Positions 9,509 through 20,706 of a stretch of DNA of 64,000 bases are shown here, piece after piece. A model generated the notes under the pieces. The model was not told the DNA's origin. It saw nothing but the letters and a program-made list of their open reading frames with translations, and searched no databases. This DNA comes from Longimicrobiales bacterium (GTDB taxonomy: Bacteria > Gemmatimonadota > Gemmatimonadetes > Longimicrobiales > Gaopeijiaceae). Where the stretch lies: contig OZ250165.1 in NCBI GenBank assembly GCA_965238005.1, positions 3,008,001 to 3,072,000 of the forward strand, given 5' to 3'. Position 1 is the first letter of the stretch. The number at the start of each line of letters is the position of its first letter. A program made the translations under genes and the position numbers.

Positions 9509-12500
9509 CTGCTCCCACCACCGCGCGCTCCCGCGCGTCGGCGATGCGCTCCTGAATCGTCCGGACGCGATAGGCCCGCGAGCGCAGCGCGATAAGGGCG
9601 TCACACGCCGCGCTCGTCGCCGACATGGTCGTGAAGTACGGGACCTTGTGGGTGATGGCCGCTCGCCTCATGGCGTAGTCGTCGTACTGGGACCTCTTGC
9701 CGAGGGGCGTGTTGATGAGTAGGTCCACCTTACCTGAGACCATGTGGTCCACGATGTCCGGCCGTCCTTCACCGACCTTGTAGACCCGATCGGACGGGAT
9801 CCCCAGGCGCGTCAGGTACTCATGCGTGCCCTTGGTGGCCCAGATCTCGAAGCCGAGATCATGCAGGCGACGGAGGATGGGGGTGACCGTCGCCTTGTCG
9901 CGGTCGTTGACGGTCACCACCAGCGTCCCGCCATCGACGGGCAGAACGTTGTGCGACGCGGCCTGGGCCTTCGCGATAGCCATTCCGAAAGAGTCGTCGA
10001 AGCCCATGACCTCACCGGTGGAGCGCATCTCGGGGCCAAGGAGGACGTCCACCTCGAAGCGATCGAAGGGGAAGATCGCCTCCTTCACCGCCACGCCCGC
10101 CACCGGCGGCTCCGCGGGGATGTCCAGATCGGCGATCTTCTCGCCCGCCATCAAACGGGCCGCCAGGCGGGCCAGGGGCACACCCGTCGCCTTGCTTACG
10201 AAGGGGACGGTGCGGGAGGCCCGTGGGTTCACTTCCAGGACGTAGACAACGCCGTCGCGGATGGCGTACTGGACGTTGATGAGCCCCACCACGCCCAGCT
10301 CCAACGCGAACTTCCGCGTCTTGTCCTTGATCTCCGCGATCTCCGCGGCCCCGAGGAGGTAGGGCGGCAGCACGCAGGACGAGTCGCCCGAGTGCACTCC
10401 CGCGTCCTCGATGTGCTGCATGATCCCACCGATGACCACGTCGGTGCCGTCGCAGAGGGCGTCCACGTCAGCCTCGAAGGCGTCTTCGATGAAGCGGTCC
10501 ACGAGGACCGGATGATCCGGAGACGCCTCGACCGCCCGCTTGAAGTACCCCATCAGAGAGGTCTCGTCGTACACTATCTCCATCGCACGCCCGCCGAGCA
10601 CGTAGCTGGGACGCACCAGGACCGGGTAGCCCACCTCCTTGGCGACGGCCAGGGCTTCCTCCTCGTTGGTCGCCACGCCGTTCTTGGGCACCGTAGCCTG
10701 GACGGCGCGGCAGACCTTCTCGAAGCGTCCTCGGTCCTCGGCCCGGTCGATGGCATCCACGGACGTCCCCAGGATAGGCACGCCCGCCTCCTGCAGCGGA
10801 TGGGCAAGGTTCAGCGGCGTCTGCCCGCCGAGCTGAACGATGACCCCGATGGGCTTCTCCCGCTGGACGATCTCCAGAACGTCCTCGAAGGTCAGGGGCT
10901 CGAAGTAGAGCTTGTCGCTGACGTCGAAATCGGTGGAGACCGTCTCCGGGTTGGAGTTGATCATGATGGTCTCGTACCCGGCCTCCCGGAGAGCCAGAAC
11001 CGCCTGCACACAGCAGTAGTCGAACTCGATCCCCTGTCCGATCCGGTTGGGCCCGCTCCCCAGGATGACGATCTTCTCGCGATCCGACGGAGCCGACTCA
11101 TCCTCCTCCTCGTACGAGGAGTAGTAGTAGGGCGTCTCCGCCGGGAACTCACCGGCACAGGTATCGACGACGTTGTAGGTCGGGCGGATATCCCATCCCC
11201 AGCGCCGGCTCCGGACCTCGGACTCCTCCTCTGCCCGGAGAGCGGCGAGCTGTCCGTCAGAGAATCCGTTCCGCTTCATCAGGTGGAGCTCCTCTGGGCC
11301 GACTTCGTCGAGCCCGGCGTACCACCGCTCGTCGCGGACGATCTCCAGGAGCTGATGGAGGAACCACGGGTCGATTCCGGTAGCTTCTTGGATGTCTTCG
11401 AGGCTCAGGGGGGGTGGACCGTCGCCGTCGTGCCCGGCGATGCCCTCCAGGACCCGCTTGAGCTGGAAGGGGCGATCCGCCGTGGGCCGCCTGAGCGCCG
11501 CAAGCAGGGCCTCGGGCTCCTCCGACTCCAGCCCGTCGTCTTCGAGACGCTCACCCGTGGTCCAGCCGATACGGCCAATCTCCAGGCCCCGGATTCCCTT
11601 CTGCCACGCCGAGCGGAACGTCCGGCCGATGGCCATGGTCTCGCCAACGGCCTTCATCTGAATTCCCAGGATCGGGTTCACCTCGGGGAACTTCTCGAAG
11701 GCGAACCTCGGGAACTTCACCACGACGTAGTCCAGGGTGGGCTCGAAGGAGGCAGGCGTCGTCTTGGTGATGTCGTTTGGAAGCTCGTTCAGAAGGTAGC
11801 CCACGGCGAGCTTCGCCCCGACTCGGGCGATGGGAAATCCGGTGGCCTTGGAGGCCAGGGCCGACGAGCGAGACACCCGCGGGTTCATCTCCACGACCAG
11901 CATCTCGCCGGTGCCGGGATGAAGCGCGAACTGGATGTTGCAGCCTCCAGCCTCCACGCCGATCTCACGCATGATGGCGATGGCCGCGTCGCGCATCCGC
12001 TGGTACTCGACGTCGGTCAGGGTCTGTGCTGGCGCCACCGTGATGGAATCGCCGGTGTGGACTCCCATCGGGTCGAAGTTCTCGATCGAGCAGATGATGA
12101 TGACGTTGTCGGAAGCGTCCCGTACCACCTCGAGCTCGTACTCCTTCCAGCCGATGACGCCACGATCGATGAGCACCTCGGTGATGGGCGAGGCGTCGAG
12201 CCCCCGCCGGACCGCCGCCTCGAATTCCTCGAGGTTGTAGGCGATTCCTCCACCGGTGCCCCCAAGGGTGAAGCTCGGCCGGATGATGGCTGGGTAGCCC
12301 ACGTCCTCGCCGATGGCCATGGCCTCGTCCGTGGAGCGAGCGAACCCGCCATGGGGCAGATCGAGGCCGATGCGCCTCATGGCGGCCGCGAACTGCTCCC
12401 GGTCCTCGGCCATGCGGATGGAGCGGGCGTCGGCCCCGATGAGCTCGACGCCGTGCTCCTCGAGCACGCCGCGCTTGTCGAGCTCCATCGCGATGTTCAG

Positions 12501-12785
12501 CGCCGTCTGCCCACCCATGGTCGGCAGCAGGGCGTCGGGCTTCTCCCTCTCGATGACGAGCTGCACCCAGTCGGGCGTCAGCGGCTCGATGTAGGTCCGA
12601 TGCGCCAGATCCGGGTCCGTCATGATAGTGGCCGGGTTGGAATTCACCAGCACGACCCGGTAGCCCTCTTCCTTCAGGGCACGAACGGCTTGAGTACCGG
12701 AATAGTCGAACTCGCACGCCTGCCCGATGACGATGGGGCCGGAGCCCACTATGAGAATGGAGTCGAGGTCGGTACGTCTAGGCAA
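9501..12785 (-). CDS. carB: Carbamoyl-phosphate synthase large subunit
   Basis: [30 protein letters not shown]; duplicated ATP-grasp domains; C-terminal MGS domain; 1094 aa. Confidence 0.98.
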   Translation of the reverse strand: MPRRTDLDSILIVGSGPIVIGQACEFDYSGTQAVRALKEEGYRVVLVNSNPATIMTDPDLAHRTYIEPLTPDWVQLVIEREKPDALLPTMGGQTALNIAMELDKRGVLEEHGVELIGADARSIRMAEDREQFAAAMRRIGLDLPHGGFARSTDEAMAIGEDVGYPAIIRPSFTLGGTGGGIAYNLEEFEAAVRRGLDASPITEVLIDRGVIGWKEYELEVVRDASDNVIIICSIENFDPMGVHTGDSITVAPAQTLTDVEYQRMRDAAIAIMREIGVEAGGCNIQFALHPGTGEMLVVEMNPRVSRSSALASKATGFPIARVGAKLAVGYLLNELPNDITKTTPASFEPTLDYVVVKFPRFAFEKFPEVNPILGIQMKAVGETMAIGRTFRSAWQKGIRGLEIGRIGWTTGERLEDDGLESEEPEALLAALRRPTADRPFQLKRVLEGIAGHDGDGPPPLSLEDIQEATGIDPWFLHQLLEIVRDERWYAGLDEVGPEELHLMKRNGFSDGQLAALRAEEESEVRSRRWGWDIRPTYNVVDTCAGEFPAETPYYYSSYEEEDESAPSDREKIVILGSGPNRIGQGIEFDYCCVQAVLALREAGYETIMINSNPETVSTDFDVSDKLYFEPLTFEDVLEIVQREKPIGVIVQLGGQTPLNLAHPLQEAGVPILGTSVDAIDRAEDRGRFEKVCRAVQATVPKNGVATNEEEALAVAKEVGYPVLVRPSYVLGGRAMEIVYDETSLMGYFKRAVEASPDHPVLVDRFIEDAFEADVDALCDGTDVVIGGIMQHIEDAGVHSGDSSCVLPPYLLGAAEIAEIKDKTRKFALELGVVGLINVQYAIRDGVVYVLEVNPRASRTVPFVSKATGVPLARLAARLMAGEKIADLDIPAEPPVAGVAVKEAIFPFDRFEVDVLLGPEMRSTGEVMGFDDSFGMAIAKAQAASHNVLPVDGGTLVVTVNDRDKATVTPILRRLHDLGFEIWATKGTHEYLTRLGIPSDRVYKVGEGRPDIVDHMVSGKVDLLINTPLGKRSQYDDYAMRRAAITHKVPYFTTMSATSAACDALIALRSRAYRVRTIQERIADARERAVVGAGG

Positions 12786-12920
12786 TGGCTGAGCAGGGAG
12801 GTTTTAGGCCGCCAAGAAACGGGCGTGTCCACGGTGGGAAAAGCGGAGCGCACATCGGCGGCAAAGGTGTCGGATCGGGCTATGCAGCACAAGGCGCCGA
12901 CGGTGCTCCGCAGGGCCGGC

Positions 12921-13031
12921 TCAGTCGCCCTTGTCGGACTCCTTCCGCATGGCCGTCAGGAGGAAGTACGCGCAGCCACCCCAGACGAAGCCCAGGACGA
13001 GAACCATGGTGAGGACGGTCGATGTGGTCAT
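12921..13031 (-). CDS. MetS-like small subunit of an NSS-family transporter (36 aa)
   Basis: Not in the ORF track; hand translation MTTSTVLTMVLVLGFVWGGCAYFLLTAMRKESDKGD with GGAG RBS; VWGG single-TM pattern. Confidence 0.75.
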   Translation of the reverse strand: MTTSTVLTMVLVLGFVWGGCAYFLLTAMRKESDKGD

Positions 13032-13080
13032 GGCCGTATTCTCCGATGAACACCCGTGGGACGCAAGGAGTGCGACCCGC

Positions 13081-13446
13081 TCACTTCTTCACCTCGACCG
13101 TGATTCCTGTGAGGTTCGCGATGCCGCCGTTGTCGCCCCCAACCGCCTGGACGGCGGTGACCGCCGGGAAGGGAGCTCCCACATCCAGGACGCTGATTCG
13201 GAAGGACATCTCACCCGGCGTGGGAGTCACCATGACGACCTGGAACACAGCGGGATCACTCTCGGCAAAGAACAACCGTGTCTCCCCCGAACCGGAGAAG
13301 CCCGTGATACCGGCTCCCGTGAACTCCAATACGATGGGGCCCGACGTCAGCCTCCCCGTGAGCTGCCCCGGTCCTTTGGGCCCGGAGTCGCAGGCGCTCA
13401 CCAACAGCACGGAGGCCAACGGGATCGCAACGAGCGCCCGCCTCAT
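13081..13446 (-). CDS. Hypothetical lipoprotein
   Basis: Lipobox-like LLVSAC; ATGA overlap with the M6 gene. Confidence 0.7.
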   Translation of the reverse strand: MRRALVAIPLASVLLVSACDSGPKGPGQLTGRLTSGPIVLEFTGAGITGFSGSGETRLFFAESDPAVFQVVMVTPTPGEMSFRISVLDVGAPFPAVTAVQAVGGDNGGIANLTGITVEVKK

Positions 13447-16007
13447 CGCGACTCCTCCTTCCGCAGGAAGAGGGGCACTACGATGGGATCGGCGGCCCGC
13501 ATCATCTGCGTCACGGGGTGCCCCGGATTGGCCAAGATCCAGGCCCGGAAGTCCCCCAGGTCGTACTCGTCATCTTGATTCCCGTGGTAGTCGAGGAACG
13601 CCGCGACGTTGGGGTCCATGGGGTCCGACCGGAGGAACTGGTTGGCCATGGCCCGGAGGCCGAGCGTCGGTGGCCCGACCGATATGCTCAGCGCCGCCGA
13701 GGCAGTGAGGCCAATGGCATCGGCGGCCCGAAGGGTCACGTTGAAATCGCCCATTTCCAGGGGCGTCCCGTGTATCACGCCTCTGTTGCGGTGGGAATGC
13801 AGCCCGAAGGGAAGCTCGCCGAACTGCTCCCACACGATGGGCTCGTTGCCGTTCTCCACGGAGATCGTCAGGGACTGGCTTATCGCAGCATCGAACTGGA
13901 AGTTCAGTTGTGGGGCTCCGGCGAGCCCGAACGAGACGTCGAACTCGGCGCCCGCCGAGGCCGGCTCGGTGAGCATGATCGTGGTCGGATTCGGCTGGCC
14001 CGCCAGGAAACCCGTCCACCCACGGAAGGCGAAGCCGGTGTTGGCCTCAACCCCGATGCTCACCTCGGTACCGACCAGCACCCACCCGGGATCCGACGGC
14101 GGACTGGTGACGATGCGACCGGCCTCGACGCCAGGCACCGGACTCTCCAGGCTCACGTCGAAGCGAACCTCGGGGTTGCCGTAGGTCGCGGTGAGCGTGG
14201 CGTCGGTGAGCTCCGTCGTCCATTCCCGAATCCGCTGAGCACCATCTTCCCATTCGATGAAGGCGTTGCGGAAGCCATCCACCGGCTCCTCGCCACCGGC
14301 TGCCTCCAGGATGTGCTTCTGGAACGGTGCGGAGACGACCGTGGCCGGGTTCCCGGAAGTCTCCACCCCGTCCACCACGAATGGCACGGGTCCCAAGCTG
14401 CCCGTGGCTTGAAGCGTCACAGTCTGGTAGCGGGTGAGCGCTCGGAATTGCATCTGCTCACCCACCTGCTGGATGTCCAGGAGCGTCACTCCCGCGGCCC
14501 TGCCCCGGGGCACTCCGTCCTCACCGTTGAGGCCGTCGTATGTGAACGCCGCTGGAAGCGACCCCGCCGTGAAATCGGTCTGGCCCGAAGAGCCCGGGAA
14601 GGGATCGCCGTCGTCACCGCGTAGGTTCCCCAAAGCTAAATTGTTCTCGCCGTCACCCTGCCGTAACCAGACCCCCATCCGCTCGGGAAGCGTGTTCACG
14701 TCGTTCGAAACCCATCTGCTGCCCACCATGTCCACGTCGATCTGCCAGACGAGGAGGCCCGGTGAGAACAGGTTCAAGTCGAACCCCAGGGGCTGGCGGT
14801 TCTCCAGCAGGAAGTAGTCCCCGCTTCCGTCGCCGGCATCGATGCGAACGACGTCCCCCGAGGTCTCCACCGGATCGAGCGTGATCATACCGAGATCGGC
14901 GTCCGGCGCCAGCGTCGTCACGTTGGCCCATCCCAGGGTCTCCTTGCTCCACGCGGTCATGTGGCAGGGCCTCGCGGGAATTCCACCCGTACAACCCCAC
15001 GCGCCCGAGCCCATGAGGCCCCAACGTCCCACGCCGCCGTGGCTGGCGCCCACAGCGTAGAGGTCGGGAAGACCGAAGCCGCGTCCCAGCTCGTGCGCGA
15101 AGATTCCGATCTGGTCGATGTGCTGCGCGTCGCAGCCCAGGGCAGCGACGATGGCGTAGTCGTCGATGAGGACCTTACCTCCGTTGGCCGAGGCCGTCTG
15201 CGTCACGTAGGCGCGGAGCACCGGATCAACCCATGACGCCGCGGATGCGGAGAGCTGCCAGCGGTGGGACCAGACGCGCCCCACGCCACTGACGGAGCAC
15301 TCCGCCCCGGCCGTGGGATGCATGACCGTGAGGACGTCGACGAAGCCGTCGTCGTCGCCGGAGTTGGGTAGTCCGTCCGGCCCGTCGTTGTCGTACTGCC
15401 CCCAATCCACGGTTCCGTCGTCGATCCCCGTGAGGATCTCGATGATGAACTCTCCGACCAGATCCGTGCTGCTGAGCCCGTCGCTGTCTCCCGTCACCTC
15501 GGCCCCGGTCAAGCTGGTCTGGAACCAGTCGTGGGCGTCCCCCACCAGAGTGACCCGGCCTCCCGAGATCTCCATGTAGAACTCCGGGATCGTCTTCAGG
15601 ATGCTGTTCGGCCCGTCGAAGAACTCGCGCTGGATGACGTCCCGGGTGAGGGATACGTCCGGAAGTTGAGCCGCGGGGCTCGCCATGGGGATCCCGGGGG
15701 TGTCGGAGTAGAGTCCCAGGATGAGCGGGAACGTGAAGGTCCCGCTCACGCCGCCCTCACGACGGCCTAGGGTGGCCGCGCCGCGGAAGTTCCCGGTGCG
15801 GCGGAGGTCCAGCGCATCGACTCGGGCCTCGGGACGCCAGCCCCTCCTGAACCGGTAGGCGTCCGGATTCCGCTGGAGCTCGGCGTAATAGGCCGCAGGC
15901 ACGGTCGTGCCGTACTCGCGGGCCAGCATCTCGACGTCCTGGGCGGCCAAATGGCTGTGAAGGAGCACGGCTAGCGGTGCGATAAGCGGGAGGATCCGGC
16001 GGGACAC
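13443..16007 (-). CDS. M6 (immune inhibitor A-like) metalloprotease-domain protein with C-terminal repeat/Ig-like domains; altered Zn motif
   Basis: YDNDGPDGLPNSGDDDGFVD, VWSHRW, FAHELGRGFGLPDLY, WGLMGSG, AWSKETLGW, YFLLENRQ; GTG start overlaps upstream TAG. Confidence 0.85.
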   Translation of the reverse strand: MSRRILPLIAPLAVLLHSHLAAQDVEMLAREYGTTVPAAYYAELQRNPDAYRFRRGWRPEARVDALDLRRTGNFRGAATLGRREGGVSGTFTFPLILGLYSDTPGIPMASPAAQLPDVSLTRDVIQREFFDGPNSILKTIPEFYMEISGGRVTLVGDAHDWFQTSLTGAEVTGDSDGLSSTDLVGEFIIEILTGIDDGTVDWGQYDNDGPDGLPNSGDDDGFVDVLTVMHPTAGAECSVSGVGRVWSHRWQLSASAASWVDPVLRAYVTQTASANGGKVLIDDYAIVAALGCDAQHIDQIGIFAHELGRGFGLPDLYAVGASHGGVGRWGLMGSGAWGCTGGIPARPCHMTAWSKETLGWANVTTLAPDADLGMITLDPVETSGDVVRIDAGDGSGDYFLLENRQPLGFDLNLFSPGLLVWQIDVDMVGSRWVSNDVNTLPERMGVWLRQGDGENNLALGNLRGDDGDPFPGSSGQTDFTAGSLPAAFTYDGLNGEDGVPRGRAAGVTLLDIQQVGEQMQFRALTRYQTVTLQATGSLGPVPFVVDGVETSGNPATVVSAPFQKHILEAAGGEEPVDGFRNAFIEWEDGAQRIREWTTELTDATLTATYGNPEVRFDVSLESPVPGVEAGRIVTSPPSDPGWVLVGTEVSIGVEANTGFAFRGWTGFLAGQPNPTTIMLTEPASAGAEFDVSFGLAGAPQLNFQFDAAISQSLTISVENGNEPIVWEQFGELPFGLHSHRNRGVIHGTPLEMGDFNVTLRAADAIGLTASAALSISVGPPTLGLRAMANQFLRSDPMDPNVAAFLDYHGNQDDEYDLGDFRAWILANPGHPVTQMMRAADPIVVPLFLRKEESR

Positions 16008-16588
16008 TACGCTCTGTCCTCCGCTCGAATCTCCAGCACGTCGGCAACGGTTCGCATCCCGTCGATGACGTTCTGGATGTGCTCGGCCCGGTCGATGCCC
16101 AAGAGCTCCACACCGCGAGCCACGTCGTCGCGGTCGACCCCGGCCGCGAACGCCTTGTCCTTCAGCTTCTTGGTCACGGACTTGGGCTTCAGGTCGTCGA
16201 TCCCGTTCGGCCTCACCAGACAACACGCATACACGAGCCCGGAAAGCTCGTCGCACGCGAACAGGACGCGCTCCATGAGAGTCTCCGGCTCCACCCCCGT
16301 TCGATTCGGAGCGTGGGCCTGCACGGCCCGGATGATCTCGTTCGGATAGCCCCGCTGCTCCAGCTCGCTCAGCCCGCGCTTCGGATGCTCGTCGGGGTAC
16401 TTCTCCCAGTCCAGGTCATGGAGCAGGCCGGCGATACCCCAGAGATCCTCGTCCTCGTCGTACATTCGGGCGTAGTGCCGCACGGCGGCTTCCACGGCGA
16501 GCATGTGCCTCCGGAGCCCGTCGTTCCCTACCCAGCTCTCGAGGAGTGCCAAAGCCTCCGCTCGGTCGGGGATCGGTGTTTCGCTCAA
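16007..16588 (-). CDS. HD (HDIG-type) phosphohydrolase
   Basis: LRRHMLAVEA, GLLHDLDWE, ACDELSGL, KSVTKKLKDKAFAAGVDR. Confidence 0.88.
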   Translation of the reverse strand: MSETPIPDRAEALALLESWVGNDGLRRHMLAVEAAVRHYARMYDEDEDLWGIAGLLHDLDWEKYPDEHPKRGLSELEQRGYPNEIIRAVQAHAPNRTGVEPETLMERVLFACDELSGLVYACCLVRPNGIDDLKPKSVTKKLKDKAFAAGVDRDDVARGVELLGIDRAEHIQNVIDGMRTVADVLEIRAEDRA

Positions 16589-16769
16589 CGTCTACTCCCG
16601 GTCGTCCAATCAGGGATCACTGGGGAAGAGTTCCCGGTGGTGCTTGCACCGATCGAGCGCCGCGACCCCAATCGAAAGCTCCCACCGAGGAGCCGCACCG
16701 GTCAAGCGGGCCGGCTATCTCGTACGTACGAGTCTCCACTTCCTTGCCGGAGGTCACCCGGGTGGGCCC

Positions 16770-17420
16770 TCATACCCGCGACGACGGACAGAGGTGGGAT
16801 ACGGGACACGCCTCGCAGCGTGGCTTCCTGGCCTTGCAGATCTGGCGGCCGTGGAAGATCAGCAGGTGCGAGAGGAGCGTCCATCTCTCGCTGGGGAAGA
16901 GACCCATGAGGTCCTGCTCGATCTTCTCCGGTGTCTTCTCCTTCGTGAACCCGAGGAGGGTGGAGAGCCGTTTCACGTGGGTGTCCACCACCACCCCTTC
17001 GTCGATTCCGAAGGCGTTGCCCAGGATGACGTTGGCGGTCTTGCGTCCGACGCCCGGCAGGGCGTTGAGCTCCGCCATGGTACGCGGGACCTCGCCGCCG
17101 TGTTCCTCGGTCACCCCCTGGGCGAAGCCGATGACGTTCTTGGCCTTGTTCCGGAAGAAACCGGTGGAGCGGATGATCTCCTCTACGTCTTCCTGAACGG
17201 CACCCGCCAGCTCTCGGGGCGTCGGGTACGTCTCGAACAGCTCCGGCGTGACCATGTTGACCCGCTCGTCCGTAGTCTGAGCCGAGAGGATGGTCGCGAC
17301 CCCGAGCTGGTAGGCATCCCGGTGTTCGAGGGCACAGTGAGCGTCGGGGTACTCCTCCGCCAGGAGGGAAAAGACCTCCGAGGCGCGCTCCGCCTTTGCC
17401 TTCTTCGCCTCCCTCGCCAT
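16770..17420 (-). CDS. nth: Endonuclease III
   Basis: ILSAQTTDERVN, LPGVGRKTANV, VDTHV, C-x6-C-x2-C-x5-C Fe-S motif. Confidence 0.96.
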   Translation of the reverse strand: MAREAKKAKAERASEVFSLLAEEYPDAHCALEHRDAYQLGVATILSAQTTDERVNMVTPELFETYPTPRELAGAVQEDVEEIIRSTGFFRNKAKNVIGFAQGVTEEHGGEVPRTMAELNALPGVGRKTANVILGNAFGIDEGVVVDTHVKRLSTLLGFTKEKTPEKIEQDLMGLFPSERWTLLSHLLIFHGRQICKARKPRCEACPVSHLCPSSRV

Positions 17421-17437
17421 TGCCGCCGACCCGGGGT

Positions 17438-18991
17438 CTACCCGGCCTCGGGACTTCCTCCACCGACCTCTGGGCTTTCTCCGGCCGCCTCAGGGCCGGC
17501 TGCGCCGGCTTCAGTCGCCGACGCCCCAGCCGTCGCAGCCGACAGCCTGGCCACCAGCCAGCCGTTCAGCACGTAGACGGCCGCCAGGGCGATGGCCCAT
17601 TGGATCAGGACCGAGCCCACGTTGAAGGCGGAGAACAATGTCCACGTCTCCAAGAACGAAGCGCCCTGGGCCTGATACAGCCACCAGCCCATGAGGACGA
17701 TGGACTCGACTATCACCAGCCGGATGGTCCAGTCCCACCAGGCGCCGATGTGGATGTCCGAGTCGCCGGTGTTGATGTACTCCTCCCTCCATTGGGTGAC
17801 CCCGTACTTCAGCACCGCAAAGGCGAAGAAGAAGCCCGAGAGCATCAGCCCCACGCCCCAGACCCAGTCCTGGTTGGCGAAGAAGGGCCCAGCCCCCGGC
17901 GTGTCCGTCCAGTTGAGCGCGCTGGGAGCACCGAACAGGATCCCGGCGGTCCCCACCAGGGCGATGGCCCGGCCGCGCGTCATGCCCAGGTCGATGAGGA
18001 TTCGGCTCGCGAGCTCGATCATGGCCACGAGCGACGTCCAGGCGGCGAACACGAGCGCAAGGAAGAAGAGGGCCATGAAGAAGCGCCCACCCGGGATGAG
18101 GGCGAAGAGCTGAGGCACCCAGATGAAGGTCAGCCCCTCGTTGCCTGCGCCTACGATCTGATCCGCGGCGTCGGGCATCACGGAGAACACGGTCGCCAGC
18201 ACCATGATGCCGGCCAAGAGCGACATGGAGTTGTTGCCGAAGCCGATGACGAAGGCGTTGAGGGCCGTGTCTTCCTGACTTCTCATGTAGATGGCGTACG
18301 TGAGCACCAGGCCCCAGCCGGCTCCGGTGTCCCATGCATTCTGCGTCAGGGCCTCGAGCCAGATCTTGGAGTCGGCCAGGTCGGCGAGGTGCGGTGTGAA
18401 GAGGAACGCGAGGCCGGCGGCGGCGCCGGGCAGGGTCACCGCCCGGATGGCCAGTACGATGACCAGGATGATGAGGCTGGGGATCAGGAACTTGGCCGCC
18501 GTCTCGATGCCCTTCACGCCCTTGGACACCACGAACAGCCCCAACCCCATGGCCACCACGTGGGTCACGAGAGCCGCCGGCGTGCCGGCGAAGCCCTCCC
18601 AGAACGCCTCGGGAACGGCCGAGGGGATGTCTCCGGTGACACTCGCCACGAAGAACCGGATGGTCCAGCCCATGACGACGCTGTAGTAGAACATGATGGC
18701 GGTGGCCACGAAGGCCACCCACGCGCCCATCCAGGCGAACTTGGGCCCGATGGTCTTCACGAACGCCCCGATGGTGCCCGATCGGGTGGCCTTGCCCATC
18801 CCGAACTCGAGAATCAGCAGAGGCACGGACCAGAGCAGGAGGAACACCACCCAAGCCACCAGAAACGACCCTCCGCCGTTCGACGCGGCGATGCGAGGGA
18901 AGCGCCAGATATTCCCGGTGCCCACGGCCATACCCAGCATCGCCAGGAGCATGCCCCAGCGCGAACTGAAAACTTCGGACCTGGATGACAA
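17438..18991 (-). CDS. Sodium-dependent transporter (NSS/SNF family)
   Basis: FSSRWG..GMAVGTGNIWRFP..NGGGSFL; GLTFIWVP; many TM helices; TTG start after GGAGG. Confidence 0.93.
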   Translation of the reverse strand: MSSRSEVFSSRWGMLLAMLGMAVGTGNIWRFPRIAASNGGGSFLVAWVVFLLLWSVPLLILEFGMGKATRSGTIGAFVKTIGPKFAWMGAWVAFVATAIMFYYSVVMGWTIRFFVASVTGDIPSAVPEAFWEGFAGTPAALVTHVVAMGLGLFVVSKGVKGIETAAKFLIPSLIILVIVLAIRAVTLPGAAAGLAFLFTPHLADLADSKIWLEALTQNAWDTGAGWGLVLTYAIYMRSQEDTALNAFVIGFGNNSMSLLAGIMVLATVFSVMPDAADQIVGAGNEGLTFIWVPQLFALIPGGRFFMALFFLALVFAAWTSLVAMIELASRILIDLGMTRGRAIALVGTAGILFGAPSALNWTDTPGAGPFFANQDWVWGVGLMLSGFFFAFAVLKYGVTQWREEYINTGDSDIHIGAWWDWTIRLVIVESIVLMGWWLYQAQGASFLETWTLFSAFNVGSVLIQWAIALAAVYVLNGWLVARLSAATAGASATEAGAAGPEAAGESPEVGGGSPEAG

Positions 18992-19104
18992 CGACACGCC
19001 TCCGGATTCGGGTTGAAGAGCCCTCGAGCGGACCAAGGCCCGTTGCGAGCAAGCGAGTAACATGGGCGCCAGGAGCCCTTTCGGCGACCCCGGCGGGTGG
19101 CTAG

Positions 19105-20706
19105 GAGTCTGCGCCGCAGAACCCTGCGGCGGCTATCTTTGGTGGTAGCGAAGGCATTGGGAAGGCTTGCGGATCACCGAGGGGGGTGAATGGGAACGAC
19201 ATTTCGACCGTACGATCCGGAGCAGATGTTGTTGCTGCCTCCGGATCTTCGGGAGTGGGTGTCGGAGGGTCATTTGGCGCACCATGTGAGCGACCTGGTG
19301 GACGCGGTGGAGCTGAGCGCGTTCTACGGGCGGTACCGGGGGGACGGGCGGCGCAACTCGCCGTACGACCCTCGGATGATGGTCAAGGTGCTGATCTACG
19401 CGTATGCGACGGGCACCTTCTCGTCGCGGAAGATGGCGAGGAAGCTGGAGGAGGATGTCGCGTTTCGGATGCTGGCGGCGGAGAACTTCCCGAAGCACCG
19501 GACGCTGTGCGAGTTCCGCAAGCGCCATCTCGGGGATTTCCGGGCGGTGTTTGTGGAGGTGGTGATGCTCGCGCGGGCCTTGGGGCTGGCGGGGCTTGGC
19601 AGGGTGTCGGTGGACGGGACGAAGGTTCGGGCGAACGCGAACAAGCGCAAGGCGATGAGCTACGGCCGGATGGTGACCGGGGAGCCTCGGCTGGAGGCGG
19701 AGATCCGGGGGCTGTTGGAGAGGGCCGAGGCGGTGGACGAAGCGGAAGACGAGCGCTACGGCGAGGAAGCATGCGGAGACGAGGTGCCGGAGGAGCTCAA
19801 GCGGCGCGAGGACCGGCTGGCGGCGATCCGGGAGGCGAAGGCGCGCCTGGAAGCCGAGCAGAGAGCGGCGGACGACGCACGGGGCCGCAAGCCGGGGCAG
19901 ACGCGCAACCCGAAGGGCGGCAGGCCCTACAAGCGGGAGTACGGAGAGCCGGACGAGGCGGCGCAGAGCAACTTCACGGACCCTGAGAGCCGGATCATGA
20001 AGACGAGTTCGGAGGGGTTCCAGCAGTGCTACAACGCACAGACGGTCGTGGAGGGGGAGAACCAGCTGGTGGTCGGGGCCGAGGTGACGGACAACGCGAG
20101 CGACCAGGGCCAGCTGGTGCCCATGGTCGACGCGGTGGCGCAAGCGTACGGCGAGACGCCGGCGCAGGTGCTGGCGGACACGGGCTATTGCAACGAGCGG
20201 GATCTCGAGGAACTGGAAGAGCGAGACATCGACGGGTATGTGGCGCTGGCCCGGGAGGGCAAGGCCGCCCCCACGGTTGACAAGGAGGAATATCCGGCGA
20301 AAGTCCGCATGGCGGAGAAGCTGGCGAGCGAAGATGGCCGCAGACGCTACGCACGGCGAAAGTCGCAGGCCGAGGCGCCCATCGGCTGGATCAAGGAAGT
20401 GATGGGCTTTCGACGATTCAGCTTCCGGGGCCTCGAGAAGGTCCGGGCCGAGTGGACCCTCGTGTGCCTGGCACTCAATGTGAAGCGGCTGCACACCCTT
20501 CAGGCGGCATGACTGCACGAGGGTTCACCCGCATCTGCCGGCGCGAGGGCTCTCGTAGCTCTCTTGCCCCCCCCAACGCATCCATTCCGCTCTCCCGATC
20601 CGTCGCAGACACAAGTCCTCAACCTCCCAATCACCCGGATCCGCCTCGCCGCGGACGGCTCGATGACCATTCGGCTCAGTCAGCTGTGCTTCTGCGGCGC
20701 AGACTC
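19105..20706 (+). mobile_element. IS1182-family insertion sequence, copy 1 (1602 bp)
   Basis: Terminal inverted repeats GAGTCTGCGCCGCAGAA / TTCTGCGGCGCAGACTC flanked by CTAG on both sides; three copies in the window. Confidence 0.92.
19190..20512 (+). CDS. IS1182-family DDE transposase
   Basis: YDPRMMVKVLIYAYATGTFSSR, VDGTKVRANA, TDPESRIMK, YNAQ, ADTGY, FRRFSFRGLEKV. Confidence 0.93.
   Translation: MGTTFRPYDPEQMLLLPPDLREWVSEGHLAHHVSDLVDAVELSAFYGRYRGDGRRNSPYDPRMMVKVLIYAYATGTFSSRKMARKLEEDVAFRMLAAENFPKHRTLCEFRKRHLGDFRAVFVEVVMLARALGLAGLGRVSVDGTKVRANANKRKAMSYGRMVTGEPRLEAEIRGLLERAEAVDEAEDERYGEEACGDEVPEELKRREDRLAAIREAKARLEAEQRAADDARGRKPGQTRNPKGGRPYKREYGEPDEAAQSNFTDPESRIMKTSSEGFQQCYNAQTVVEGENQLVVGAEVTDNASDQGQLVPMVDAVAQAYGETPAQVLADTGYCNERDLEELEERDIDGYVALAREGKAAPTVDKEEYPAKVRMAEKLASEDGRRRYARRKSQAEAPIGWIKEVMGFRRFSFRGLEKVRAEWTLVCLALNVKRLHTLQAA

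Noticed and set aside
9744..13049. 1101-aa plus-strand ORF and similar long antisense ORFs (44677-46398, 53074-54714, 17396-18988, 19133-20518)
   Set aside because: Shadow frames opposite well-supported genes in high-GC DNA, with no recognisable motifs
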